Below, piece after piece: positions 1-12,763 of a DNA stretch of 64,000 nt. Under the pieces are notes generated by a model that had not been told where the DNA came from, did not search any database, and worked only from the letters and a program-made list of their open reading frames with translations. The DNA comes from Fistulifera solaris (Eukaryota), in assembly GCA_030295235.1 (NCBI GenBank), contig AP026139.1, positions 372,001-436,000 of the forward strand. Direction: 5' to 3'. The position numbers and the translations under genes are program-made. How positions within the stretch are numbered: position 1 is the stretch's first letter; every line of letters begins with the position of its first letter.

Positions 1-414
1 TACATCGTCTGCTTCATTGTTGTCATCATGCGAAGACTCCTCAGCGATTGAAGTTCGTACTTTTGTAGATCCACCATCCTGTAGCTCTGGTAACTCTACA
101 ATTGTAGGCTTCAGCTCGTACTCGCTCCCCGCATTCGTCGTCTCTTTGTTGGCATTGTCGACTTCCGACATATAATCAGATCTTTCCTCGGAGCCACTCT
201 CGACGTCGGCCTCCTTCGGCTCATCCATGCTTTGAGCTTCAACAATGTCGCGAGAGAGTTCTTCAGTCATTTTCACATACTCTTTTTCCTCTCCGTTGGC
301 TTTTTGCTCGAGCGATGTTTCGGTGGACGACAGCGGTGTAATTGTTGTCCCTGGTTTCGTCAAATTGTCTTTCGCATTCTCGCCAACCTTCTCGCCATGC
401 TCTCCTTCCTGCAT
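1..414 (-). CDS. 5' part of an acidic, low-complexity protein of unknown function (runs off the window start)
   Basis: Reverse-strand frame open from ATG 414 (MQEGEHGEKVGENAKD...) to base 1, 138 codons without a stop, E/D/S-rich; not in the ORF track because the stop is outside the window. Confidence 0.6.
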   Translation of the reverse strand, partial: MQEGEHGEKVGENAKDNLTKPGTTITPLSSTETSLEQKANGEEKEYVKMTEELSRDIVEAQSMDEPKEADVESGSEERSDYMSEVDNANKETTNAGSEYELKPTIVELPELQDGGSTKVRTSIAEESSHDDNNEADDV

Positions 415-1151
415 TTTTAAATCAAAGGATCAGATCTGCCGAGAATTGTAGCTGCACTCTATACGTAATGAAATGAGTTTCTATTTCTCTATATCTTTTC
501 CAGGAAGTGCATTTGCTTGTAAGTATAAGCGGAACAAGCAGTGTGAAGTGCACAAGTCACTAAATAATTTAGGCCGGCATCGTGGCGATACACACTGGTC
601 AAATATATAGATTTCTGGGTACCAGTACGACTTTATCCTAAGGCACCACACACCACAATCTTCACTAAATTTACGCAACTGGTCTTGAGGGCCATTTCGT
701 TCGAAATGTTCGCTCGTGAAGGGTTGCCAGTGATAATCATATACTCATTCAAAGAAGGAACCGAAAGGCAAAACACTCTAGCTACTCGATTTTGCATTCT
801 TGTGCGAACGCGACTGTCAATTGTTTAGCCACTAAGTTGCTACTGTCGTGATGATTCGTGATTGACCTTGTTCGACCTCACGCATCGTGCGCCCGACAGA
901 CGCTCCCATCAAGCGAAAAAATATACGGAGTACCTGGTACTGCCGGTACCTGGTTTTGGTACCGGTACGCTACCGGTATCGTACCTGGTAAGGCGAAACT
1001 GCGAAAACAACACGCTAAATCGCAAAATCGTCCGGCGTTCACAATTGGCTGTCAAACGTCAAACCACAGTGCTTCCATCGCTAAAGACGTTGTTTTCGCT
1101 CGTCAACCTTCTACAATTAAATTTATTTCTTGAAGTATTCTACAACATACA

Positions 1152-2057
1152 ATGGTGAGTAGAAAATATTTTACTGCGCCTTATCGTGTGGATGGGATGA
1201 GCTTATAATAAACAGTGCGTTTCTAATGGTTGGTGGACGGGTCGCAAGTCGGTTTTGTAACATTCTCTTTACTACTTGATATCTCATAGTAAAAGGGAAT
1301 TTTAGTGTCATTGTTGACTTGGTTTCTTGTCAATTCCCATGGATATTGGGGCGATTTCATTTTGAGTTTTCATTTCCTTTCAACTCACTTCATTCTAACG
1401 ATTATGTTTATCCAGGCAACTGAAATCCCAGAGTTCAAACTAATCCTAGTCGGCGATGGAGGCGTGGGAAAGACAACATTCGTCAAGCGCCATTTGACGG
1501 GTGAGTTCGAAAAGAAATACGTCGCTACTTTGGGAGTGGAGGTCCACCCATTGCTTTTTCACACGAATCGTGGGCCTATCAAATTCAACGTATGGGATAC
1601 CGCTGGTCAGGAAAAGTTTGGTGGTTTGCGTGATGGATATTACATTCAAGGGCAATGTGCCATTATCATGTTCGATGTGACCAGTCGCATCACTTACAAA
1701 AACGTTCCTAACTGGCACCGCGACTTGACGCGCGTCTGCGAAAACATTCCAATCGTTTTGACTGGAAACAAGGTTGAGATTAAAGACCGAAAGGTCAAGG
1801 CGAAGCAAATTACGTTTCACCGAAAGAAGAATCTTCAGTACTACGATATCTCCGCTAAATCGAACTACAATTTCGAGAAGCCGTTCTTGTGGCTAGCTCG
1901 AAAGCTTTCCGGAGACAATCAGCTTCACTTTGTTGAAGCTCCTGCCTTGCAGCCACCGGAAGCAACTATTGATGATGCTACTAAGATTCTTTACGAGCAG
2001 GAGATTGCTGATGCCGCCGCACAGCCTCTTCCCGACGATGACGACGACGATCTTTAA
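1152..2057 (+). CDS. RAN: GTP-binding nuclear protein Ran; exon 1 is the ATG alone (1152-1154), intron 1155-1415
   Basis: [37 protein letters not shown] and acidic DDDDDDL tail; ATG|GTGAGT donor and TCCAG acceptor give [10 protein letters not shown]. Confidence 0.97.
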
Positions 2058-2832
2058 ATTTTGATTCGATTCACAAAGTCTCACGGACTTCTCTGTTTTT
2101 TTAAGGCAGTGTTGCGTGATGGAGTACGATGGAAATTCCAGGACCGTGTCTTCGTGTGCAAATAAAGATGCGCTTTGAAAAAACTAGCTCTGAATTTACG
2201 TTTCGTCTACTATTCTCATCATTATTACTTGCTTGTAATCTTCTTAAGGAGTACATCTTTTTATGAGTGCCTAGCGGGTCGCAAACTTATACAACAAGGC
2301 GTAGCTTATCAAATCGCACTAGCAATGGGCAACGCTTGCAAAAGTTCAAACTCTATCTACGATTCATCAAGCAATTCAGTTGCATGGATAGTGCACCGTG
2401 TTAGGAAACGGTTAGAAGAATGAATTGATCAAGCCAGTGGTTTTAAGGTCGAAGAAGATACCTGGTAACAGGAAACCAATTGTTCGATTGGAGTAGCTGT
2501 TGGAAAATTAAGAGGACAAGATAATGGAAGCCGAATTAAATTTGCTAGCTCGCTTAGACGGCTGTCGAAAGTCTAGATGAACTGGCTGTGGTAATTCGTT
2601 TACCTAAGTTTCACCATCTCATCCACGTGACCGGGATTGTTCACGAGGGACAGACAGCGGGACAGTTTGGAGCTTGGAGCTGGAGGCTATGGAGAGCAGG
2701 AGATCGTGTTCTTGCTGTCGTCCGTCGAGGAGTAAGTTTTCATTCGTCAGCAATGATGTTGTTTCTTGTTTCGTTTTAAGCATAGATCGCATAATCCACC
2801 ACTATTCAACCATCAAGGCGTAGCTGTAAAAA

Positions 2833-4270
2833 ATGAAACGCTTTTATCGTTATATCGTTGGATCTAAAAGCGAAAAGCCTGTTCAAAGCAACGGAGAAGC
2901 ACACGAGCGGACAGTTTTACTCGACCCCGGCGAATCTTCGCAATTTACGGTTTTATCAATATCAAGAACGAGATGTCTACCAACAGATGAGGTTAACGTG
3001 AAGTCCGGAAATTGTTCTATGGATAACGAAGCGAACCACGCGTCGCTTGAAAGCTTTTTTCTTCCCATCTGACAACCCTTCGATACAACGATATTACCGG
3101 TTTGACGCTACGCCAATTACTCCGGTTGTCGCTCTTTACAAGCAACCCAACACAGACAGTGGAGTAACGGGTCTGCTGAGAAGATCAGCCATTGTTCCTT
3201 CTCACGGAACATCGGATCATGATTGGATTTTAGTGTCGGTAGGAGGCCGGTCAGGGTGGGCTCGTCGTCATCCAGCGGGGCCTTTTCAGCCCGCTGATAC
3301 ATTTTTAGCTCATCAGGCATGGATGGGGAACCACGCGTTTTTATTCAACGGAAAGTGTATGCTGGGATCGGACGCACCAAGTTTGGTTCTTACGAACGCT
3401 TTGTTGCTGGGTTGTGGGCTCTATCATTTCCTCGTTGTTTTACCGAGACTCACAGCACTACACTCGCAAACATCAATTTGGTACGGAGCGTCAATATCTC
3501 TTTTACTTGCTGTCTTTGTACTTTTATGGATCACAGCATGTTTAGATCCAGGAATTATTCCCGCTCGCTCCTCGCCCCTTCGACCTGAGCCTCCAGCGGG
3601 AATAGTGGGTCATTCTTCAAGCTCATATCGCTACTGCTCAACATGTAACATATTCCGACCTCCCAGATCAAAGCATTGTAATTCCTGCAACGTGTGTGTT
3701 TCGGAATTTGACCATCACTGTCCTTGGACCGGAAACTGTATTGGCGAGCGAAATCACATGTGGTTCGTCTGCTTCTTAGTGGCTGTCACGACACTCTCAT
3801 CGTTTGTTACCGGATGTGTAGCTATACTTGTGGCAGATACTTTTTTCGAACTTTTGGAAATGAACACGGGGGGAATAGGGCCCGTAATCAAGTCAAAGGA
3901 CAGCATGGATTCTACAGCCATTCCACCATCATTACTCTACGACAAGAATGCGTGGTCCACCTTATGGGAGTCCGTTTCAGCCATGCCTGTTACAGTTTTG
4001 TTCGGGCTTTTTCTTTTGCTATGTGCGTGGTCACTTTTGTCCTTACTTGCATACCATGCTCTCTTAATATCAGTTGCGCAAACAACAAATGAAAGGGTAC
4101 GCGGTGTATATTTAACGTCAAGAAACCCCCGTGACAAGGGCTGCTGCCTCAATTGTGTCACATTCTTTACTAGAAGAACGTCCCCAAGTAGACTACCACC
4201 TGATTTTTCCAAAGAAGTAACGCTTCACCATGCTCGCGTTGAAGAGCCATGGGGTGATCGCTCGCCCTAA
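2833..4270 (+). CDS. DHHC palmitoyltransferase (ERF2/ZDHHC9-like), one apparent frameshift near 3056
   Basis: YCSTCNIFRPPRSKHCNSCNVCVSEFDHHCPWTGNCIGERN, DPG and TTNE motifs, four hydrophobic segments; ORFs 2833-3072 and 3047-4270 overlap at a T-run. Confidence 0.9.
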
Positions 4271-4407
4271 CACTGCCTAAATCATGGAGTCGTCCTCCAT
4301 ATTAGACGCTACTTTTACGATAACCGGCGCTGCTTCTTGTCTTGGAAAAGTCCGAAAGGCGGTAGAACGGTGTGCGATTCTGCCAAGCAACCCGCAAACT
4401 CTTCGTC

Positions 4408-4466
4408 AATGTGACTCTCAAGGAGACATTTTCTTCGATAATGTGACTCTCCAGGAGACATTTTCT
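4408..4466. repeat. Two-copy 27-bp direct repeat, period 32
   Basis: aatgtgactctc(a/c)aggagacattttct at 4408-4434 and 4440-4466. Confidence 0.8.
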
Positions 4467-4525
4467 GAAAATATAGATCGCTTACGAAGACTTCGGCAAT
4501 CAATTTTAAACTGCTCCATTTGGTG

Positions 4526-6952
4526 ACTAATTATTTTATTCCCTAATTTCCTTGGCAGAATGCAATTTTGATATTCGGACTGATTTTTTCGTCGTCCATT
4601 TTCATTCTCACATAAAGTTCAAAGTGGCCGCGTGCTGTGTAACTCTCCAGCTACTAGTGCTAGAGTAAAAGGCGAGTCCTAAACCAGTGTCCTAGTGAGA
4701 AGAGAATCTCCGTGGTGCTCCTTTTCTTGGATATTTTGACGAAGCATACTTAATTGTCCGGAACAGAGAAAGGCTCAGGCGAGCCCTAATAACCCCATAA
4801 AAATGTCTGACTAAGGTTTATCGCAAATGCTTGTTGTCCCATCGATCCGTCAATAAATATCTACAAACATATGAGAATGCAACCTAAAGTCAAAATTGCA
4901 TTCTGACTTGAGGAAATTGGGAATAAAAAGGTTTAAGTGGATATTTCAAACATTTACAAACGAAACTGCCTCAACGAAAGCGAGTTCAAAAGAATCTTCA
5001 AATCAAGCCGATGCACAAAAAACAAAAAATGCGATATAAACGTAAAAACCACTTTAACACAACCAACTGCAATATATGCGAATGAAAAATGGAAAATTCA
5101 GTCGAATGTCAAGATTAGATTCTGACGATTAAAAAATTAGGAATAATATTAGTGGAACTGTAAATCACTTGTGAATTCTCAAATAACGCTTAAAGCACAG
5201 TAGTTCAACAGAACACAAAGCATAGGGTAAGCGATGACTCAAATCCTCATAAAAAAGCAGAAAGCGAAACGAATAAGGAACTTTTTAAGAAAATGAGGCT
5301 ACTGGGCAAAAACCGAACAAAATCTTCATTAAAGTCGATAACAAAGGTCCATAATTGGTTGAATTCTTCGTGGGGGTTCAGTTTCAACCTATTCGCCAGC
5401 ACTTTGAAAATTGCAAGCCATCAACCCAACAACATAAACAGCAGCTGACTTTAAAGGGTAAAAAACAAAGCCCCCAAAATTATTGTAATAATCACAATAT
5501 GATGAAACCTTCGTTTACTTTTCGCGGGTACACTATGTCTGTTTGAGGACACGTATTCAAATGATTGTTGTGAAAAATTGGTTGTTGAATCATATGTATA
5601 ATCGTTCAACTTTGATTTATTTCCTCTTTCATAAAATATACACATTGAAGCAACATCGTGAGAAATAGGTTGTTGTACGGAAGCATGAACAATGGCATCA
5701 GCTTGCTTTGGAGTTTGTCAACGGACTCCTTGAAAAAAATTATTTGTTTGCGAGACTCATAGAAGTGCTCGTAAGATCCCAAAGTTTTTTAAGAGAAGTT
5801 CGACTGTAGTTAAATTTCTTGTTGTGTGTTCTGGCGCAAAAACCCTTCTTTTTCCTATATAACATGAATTTTATGACCGAAAAATTAATGCAGGCAAAAC
5901 AAGTTTTGATGTGGTTGTCTGCTTGGTATCGCTGGACACTTGAGTAATCCTGCAAAACAATTTTCTTGTAGGCGCAACTCAGACTTAAGTTAGCGTTGTT
6001 GAATAAGACAGAGTTGAGGAAACCGGCTTGGTCATGGGTGCGGTCTGGCTTGGTCATGGGCATGACTTTGGCTGCTGCTGGTTTATGCGCGGTCCCTTCT
6101 GGTTAAGGAACTGAAAACTGCCCACAACAATTCAGACGGGTGTTTTCCGGGGAAAATGTCAATTCACGATTTGTAATATATAAGTGCTTCTGACTTCGAC
6201 TTGACTGAGCAGCTTAACGAACATAAGCGACTTCAAACAAATAAAAGACAGTTGTTATGACTGCTTAATAATTAAAGTACTCTTGTGATTGCGTTCCGTG
6301 TGCGGTTACCTTGATGCTTCATGCCATTACCCCGGGGAGTCCTTTTAGAAGAAATCTCGGCATTAGTTTTCTGGGCTGGCTTTTCAGTTCTTAACCTTAA
6401 ACAAATGGATGTCTCCTTTCTCATTTTCGCATCCAGAAGTTCAGCAACCAGGCACATAACTATTTAATCCTCTTTTGGTGTGAGTGGAATCTTGAGACAA
6501 TAATAACTATATATTTCATTAAAATGATTTTCAGATGCCCATTTCTTTTTCCGCATTTTATCAGCCATGCTGCGAGTGACCGCGACTCTTGTTCACAATC
6601 AAACGAGAAAATGGACTTGCAAAGGATTCATTGATGAATCGAAAAATAGATGGAGTGAAAGTGGCTGAATATCATCAAGCGCATTATGATTTCCGATGGG
6701 TTGTGAGAAAAAGCGGATTTGTTTGATGTGACTATAATCATACAACGTGCATCGGTCTCCCCCCTCATTGGGAATCGGGCTCTGGACTTGCCATCTACGA
6801 GCACTAGTGCTAGAGCTAGAACCAAAGCCTACGCAGCGAAGTGCCAGATTGGAATATATGTGAAAAAGTGAAACGAAAAATGGAGAAATGAGTCGAATGT
6901 CAAGATTTCATTCCGACGTTAGGAAATTAGTAAAAAAAAAATTAATATTAGT
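4526..6952. mobile_element. Decayed non-autonomous element bounded by about 140-bp diverged inverted repeats, with extra internal partial copies
   Basis: Reverse complement of 4526-4665 aligns by eye with 6800-6952; partial same-family copies at about 4868-4927 and 5070-5152; AT-rich, no credible ORF. Confidence 0.5.
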
Positions 6953-9086
6953 ATCAATTATTTGGTGTACAACGCTCATACGGGACAGAAATGGTAAAGA
7001 AATGCGAAATGCAGCTGTGTCGGTTGAACCCTTCACTAGCGTATGTAAAAACACAGGTTATGAGCTCTAAAAAGTGGCAAAAACAAGTAGTGACTGCTCT
7101 AAAGCCCTTAAAGACTGAATACCGATGCCCATGTGAGTGAGAAACAAGCTAGGGCAGTCACGATTTCTCTGATAAAAAAATCCACATTTTGTCATCATAA
7201 GTGTCCTGAGTTGTTTTGACGTACAATGAATGGTGATGGTAGTATAGTTGAGTGATAGTGTGCTCCTTTTCGAGAACTTTGTCAACACGTAGTTGAGTGA
7301 AGCCTAATAAAGAATCAGGCCACGTCCTACCTTCCCAAGTTGGAGGAGCACGAATGGTTCCGCTTTGCCGGGAGCTCGGATAAGCATACTCGAGGATCAA
7401 ACTAGTGAAATGCTCAGACGAGAACGGACGCAACCACATGCGTCTGGATAAGAATGTCCCCACTTTACTGACAATACATGAGCAAGTCAACCTGATGCTT
7501 GAACGACTGGTTTACTCAACATTCCATCAATTGAGAAGATCAAGGGCGTAAAGTCCATTCATCGAAGCTTGCAAGCCTCTTTGTATTTTGTTGGTTTTGC
7601 TTTTATCATCTGGGCAAATGCTACTTGTGGGTCCTTGCTAACGCATCGACGTGGCGCTCTAGTGTGGTTGTCGGTGCCGGTTCGGCCGGTGTCGGAGTAC
7701 ATGCAGGCACCGCTTCCTCCCCACGTGGAGAAAAGGGCAGTGTTTGGTTGTCTTCATCAAGAAGAGAAAACAGATGACCTTTGAGAAGCTGAGTAGCATA
7801 TCTACTGGTCACATCAAAGGCGTGGCCCACTGCCGCGGACCATTGATTGTATCTTCGCGAAGCTAAAACAAAAACTGACATCCACTAGCAACCGTTATTC
7901 CATTGATGACAAAGGCTTCTTCTTTGCCTTACAAAAGTTATCTTTTTCTCGAAGCCAGCCGCTTTTGAGCTTATCACAATTTGTTTCGAATGAATAGCAA
8001 ATACTTAGGGGGCGAGGGAGGGGTGGTCCGTCTTCGCGGAGAGACTCCCCGTAACAGCGTCTCTTATTTCCTCTTGACGCCAAGTAAGACTTGTTGTAGC
8101 TGCAACCACTTCCATGGTTGATTGTTTTATTACGTGCATTTTTCTCACTCGTCGATCAAAAGGTCCATCTCGTGCGGTTTTTGAGAAATCCAAAAAAAAG
8201 GCGGGAGAAAAATCTTAACAGTCATACACACACAAAATGCGCACCGCCAGTACCATCTCTGTATGCAACCGCGACATCCCCTGTTCCAGCGACCAAGTGT
8301 ATGGGTGAGTTATATCATTCCCTGCTTTAAAAAGCCTTTAATACAACTTGCAAGATGAATTATTGTGAGCACTTCGCGAGCTCAGCGTGCTCCGGCAGCC
8401 AATCGACGAGGTTTGATCGATATTTTCTACACCCAGAAATCTGTCGAGACCACGCTCGCCCGATCAAGCCGTGCCAAAGGAGCTGAGAAAATAGTAACTC
8501 ATTTTTTATCGTTTCAATGCGGCCACAAGACGAGATAAGTGATGTTTTGTTGGGTTGGCCATACCTGGTAGGGATTTTTTTGTTGAGCTCAGGAAGTGCG
8601 GTCTGTCTGTACAACCGTCGACGTTATCCCCGGTTTGAATCGTTGTGATTGGTGCCTGGTACCGTACCGGTACTGGTATCGTCCTTCGCCCGTTTTTTGT
8701 CGACCCTTTGCTTTTGCCACCTCCACGTCATCGAGTTTGGAGCATCAATCGCACTTTTTCAAATGTCTTGCCACTACTAAATGTACTTAGTTTGAAAACG
8801 TCTTAGGACTCGTGCACAGACAGTCGTTCCTCCCGCATTTTCCACCTCTGGGTTGGTTGACACCTCTACTTTTTAACCAACAGTTCTCGAACAGCGGTGC
8901 CACAGCGGATAAGAATGCAAGGCCATCACACACATCACAGCAGCAAGCCAGTAAACAAACTTGAAACGATACCATTGTCCACCATTTTCGTTACAGGGCA
9001 ACAAGCCTCACTAAAGCATAATTAGCAACTCGGCAATTCTCCAGAAATTGACCATTGACTTGGGTTTTTGATCCCCAGCGCTTTAT

Positions 9087-11131
9087 ATGTTGCAGGCGTC
9101 TGTACAGCCCCTTAATTACTCGTTACGCGAACGAAAGCCAAGTCGGTCCGACCCGTTATTCATTTACGCAGACGGAGACGAGGGAGAACTATTGTATTCA
9201 GCAGTAAACCAGAAAGTATTAAATACCGGCATGTCTGACGACTACGACGAAGATGCAAGCATCGGTGATGGCAAAGATAGAAATAAGTCTCGCCGTGAAT
9301 TGCCACCAGGAGCGGTGGCGGCTTTAAAAGCATGGCTGTTATCACCAGAACATTTCTCGCATCCGTATCCCACCCCGCAGGACCAGGCTATGCTCATGCA
9401 GAAGACAGGGATTGATAAAAAGCAACTTAAGAATTGGTTCACAAACGCGCGAAGGCGAATATGGAAACCCATGTTGAAGAAGCAAATTGAGTCGGGACAA
9501 CTATCTGCTAATCCTTCGGGGGTTGTACCAGGACTCATGCTTTCGACTATTCCCGGTGCTCCGATGGCAGTCAATCCTGCGTTAGATAATCCGCATTCTG
9601 TACAGGCGATACGTGCTCATTACCAACAGGCGTCAAAGCAGCAAGAGGCTAATTTGGAACAACAACAAGTAAGTGGAAGCGTGTTTCTCTTATGACTCTG
9701 TATGAATAATCCGTCTTAACTCATTTCCTTTGGCTTTCAGGCGGTACCTGTCGACTCATACGGTAATCCCGTCTATTCTTCGGAGCAAGCGCCACAGTAC
9801 TACTCATCCCAACAGATGACATCCGATGGACTCGGACACTTGTCCACGCTGACATCGGTGAGCTCTCTTGGGAATCTCCGTAGACAGTCATCAAACGTTC
9901 AGCTCAGTAAAACAGACAGTCATGCCGTATTGATGGAACTTTTGCCAGGGATCAAGATCTTGTACGACAAGCTACGGAGTCGGCTCGATTGAAAGCTGAG
10001 GCAAAACAACAAATGGCTTTAGGTGGGCAAGCGTCAAACGGCACAACGCAGTCACAAGTATCAAGTCAGCACCCAATGAAAGCCCCTTCATCTTTAGGCT
10101 CTTCAAGTGGTTTGTTGGGAGGAGCTCTTCAAGGGGTGCCCTCAATGAACTCGTGGCCGCATTTCTCAAGTATCACCTCATTGAACAATCTTGGAACTTT
10201 ACCGGGCGTGAAGAGCATCACAAGTCTAAGCGGTACAGATCTTGCAAGCAAAGGGGAAATAAACAAGAATGGCAATTTAGCTCAAGTGAAGAGCATGGAA
10301 TCCTTTGGAAAGAACGACTCTTATGCGTTCTTGGAGGTTTTCTTCGGCGACCGTTCAAGCAATAGTTCTGCTAATCTGAACTCGTTTGGTAGCTTGTCAA
10401 ATCTGGCGAAGTTTAGACAGGTTGGAGACGAGGACAACGAAATTGGTTTATCTCTCGAAGATGAGTCACCATCGCAACCATTAAAGAAAGAGTTGTCCAC
10501 TGCTGCGCTACCCGCTCCTTTGGTATCTTTGTCTCAGGATTCGTCAGCTAGCATGATGGATTCAGGGACACTAAAACGTGCTTATGACGATGCATTAGCT
10601 GCTAGGGGGCTCATGTCAGTCAGTAGAAGTAGTGAAAATCTGACAGATCTTGTGCTTCCTGAAAAGATTCAACGTACTTTGTCACAGGAATTCATCAACA
10701 AGGAACAGATGTTTTCTCGTTCAACACCTTCAAGTGCACTGGCAAAGAATAGTATAGCACAGCAGCCGTATTCTGGTCAGCATTCTGTAGAGCTGGATGT
10801 TGGTTCGTCGAAACAGTGCTCGCCTTCATGTGACTCGTCTGACACGGGGGGACACGTCCAGGTTCCTACTACCACGAAATGTGCGCTTTGCATGCAAACT
10901 TGTGTTGACACTCAGCTTCGTCCATGCGGTCATATGTTCCACGAGAGATGTTTGAAGCCGAGCCTTCAAGCGCCGCGAGGTCCGCCGAGATGCCCTATTG
11001 ATGATATTCCGATGCATTCAGCCGTGTTGGCTGTGCCCACCGAGGACTTTCCCACGCAACCCGACCAATCTACATGGACTTACACCCACATGCAACCAGT
11101 ATCGTCAGTGACCGACACGAACGGTCTTTGA
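9087..11131 (+). CDS. TALE-class homeodomain protein with C-terminal RING finger; intron 9669-9740, frameshift near 9940
   Basis: RRELPPGAVAALKAWLLSPEHFSHPYPT...KQLKNWFTNARRRIWK (PYP loop, WFxNxRRR); C-terminal CALC...PCGHMFHERC...CPID. Confidence 0.85.
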
Positions 11132-11287
11132 TTCCCAGCTACTTACGGAAAGCCTTTCCGTGATTTAACTAATTATAGCGAGTGAGTTCCAGCGAGAAAT
11201 GTGCTACCAAAAAAATGAAATTAATCAGCAAACTTATTAGAAACATATTGTGATATAATACGTAATTGAAAACGCAGCTATATTGTT

Positions 11288-12309
11288 TCACATCTTCGGC
11301 TTTGGTGAAAAGAAATTAAGGATACTCCCTTTCTTTGGCGTGACAGGCAAAGGTGCTGCCAAACTTGCCCTCGCCTTTTTGGAAGATTGAGCATGTAGTT
11401 CCCTACCTTCATCAGCGCGCTTCTTTTCTTGGTTTGTCGATTTGACGTCAGCTCGTGTGTTAGTTTGTTTTTTGAAGAACGAGTCGACCGTTTTCATTTT
11501 CGGCAACGCTTTCAGGGCATCCTGCGACCTATACTTGACGGATGACATATCCGGCTTTACTGCATGCCACGCAAATTGCTCCATTGCCGAGGCTTGTGCT
11601 TCTATCTTTTGAAGGTCGTATTAGACGGAGATCTAAGCCATTCCTTGGCTAAATTCGTATCCCATAGACAGACCGGCATTCTGGTGTGCAGCCATTTCAA
11701 ACTCGGGCACACGTCGCTTGTGATCAATGTAAACGTATCGAGAACGGGGTCAGTTTCTCTACCAGTCAGCACACTTGTCCAAAGTCCTGGCATCAATATA
11801 AAAGGGAGCTTGTCGTCAGCCGATTCCTTTGGTGACTTCTTTCGATAAACGAAATATGGTTGCTTCTTTCCCAGCTCAGTCTTCCATTCGTAAAAACCGT
11901 CAAACGCAACCAGACAACTCTTTCGGGCATTCGCAAGTCGTGAGAAGCTTGGTTTCTGATACATTGTATCTGATCGAGCATTAAACATCAAGTTAGAGAA
12001 ATGCTGGCTCATTCCACTCGGCAATGGATTCGATGGTGTGCCTCCTCTCGTTACCAGCCCCCAAACCTTCCGCTCAACCTTTATTTGACCATTGGAGTCC
12101 GAGACAAATACCAGAGCATCCATTCCCGGACTTAAATTATAATTGTCACGCATGAAACGATCCTGATTGTCTGAATCAGATCGTTCAGATCTTGTTGGAG
12201 ATGATGATTCGGCCGTTTGCGGTGCGGCGATTTCTAAAGGAAGTGGTACGTTGAGCATCTCCGCTGCAGCCCTTACTGCAGCGCCAGTTTGCGCAGTCCT
12301 TCCACACAT
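11288..12309 (-). CDS. SRAP/HMCES abasic-site-crosslinking protein; frameshift near 11605
   Basis: True start MCGRT (catalytic Cys2) at 12309; YNLSPG, WGLV, FNARSD, GFYEWK, KQPYF, HTRMPV; PIP-box-like C-terminal motifs (TVDSFF, SILNFF). Confidence 0.9.
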
Positions 12310-12763
12310 TTTTCGAAACCATTCAATAGAGTTGATCGGGTAAATACTTGTACAGGTTAATGTTTGGCTTCGCAATGAAAGAATTTCGATAAGGCTTACG
12401 ATCTCGATGATTGCTTGCACCGCCGCGACTAAAAACACATCGAAAATCAACACCGGTGCGACGAAGAGTCAAACAAGCCATTATAGTCGTCGCCGTTAAC
12501 CACACAGCACCTATCTTTCTCTTTCCATATCAAATTGTAATAGCTGATAAACAACGGCATCAATAATCAAGTTTTTAAATCGAACGTGTAAAGTGAGCTC
12601 AGACTAAAGAAAGACGCCAAATTCTAAATATTTGAGCCGTTACGATGGATCGTTCATGTTGTGCCCTGAACAAATATCCAACAAATATCCAGAATCTCTC
12701 ATTCAGATATCATAGACTATCTTGCTTTGTCAACGAAACCGTCAATCACGCAGTGTATGACGG

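Noticed and set aside
1305..1415. N-terminal extensions in the ORF track for Ran (also SRAP 12310-12453 and RPC6 43424-43720)
   Set aside because: Artefacts of alternative start codons and intron/UTR sequence; better ATG starts identified
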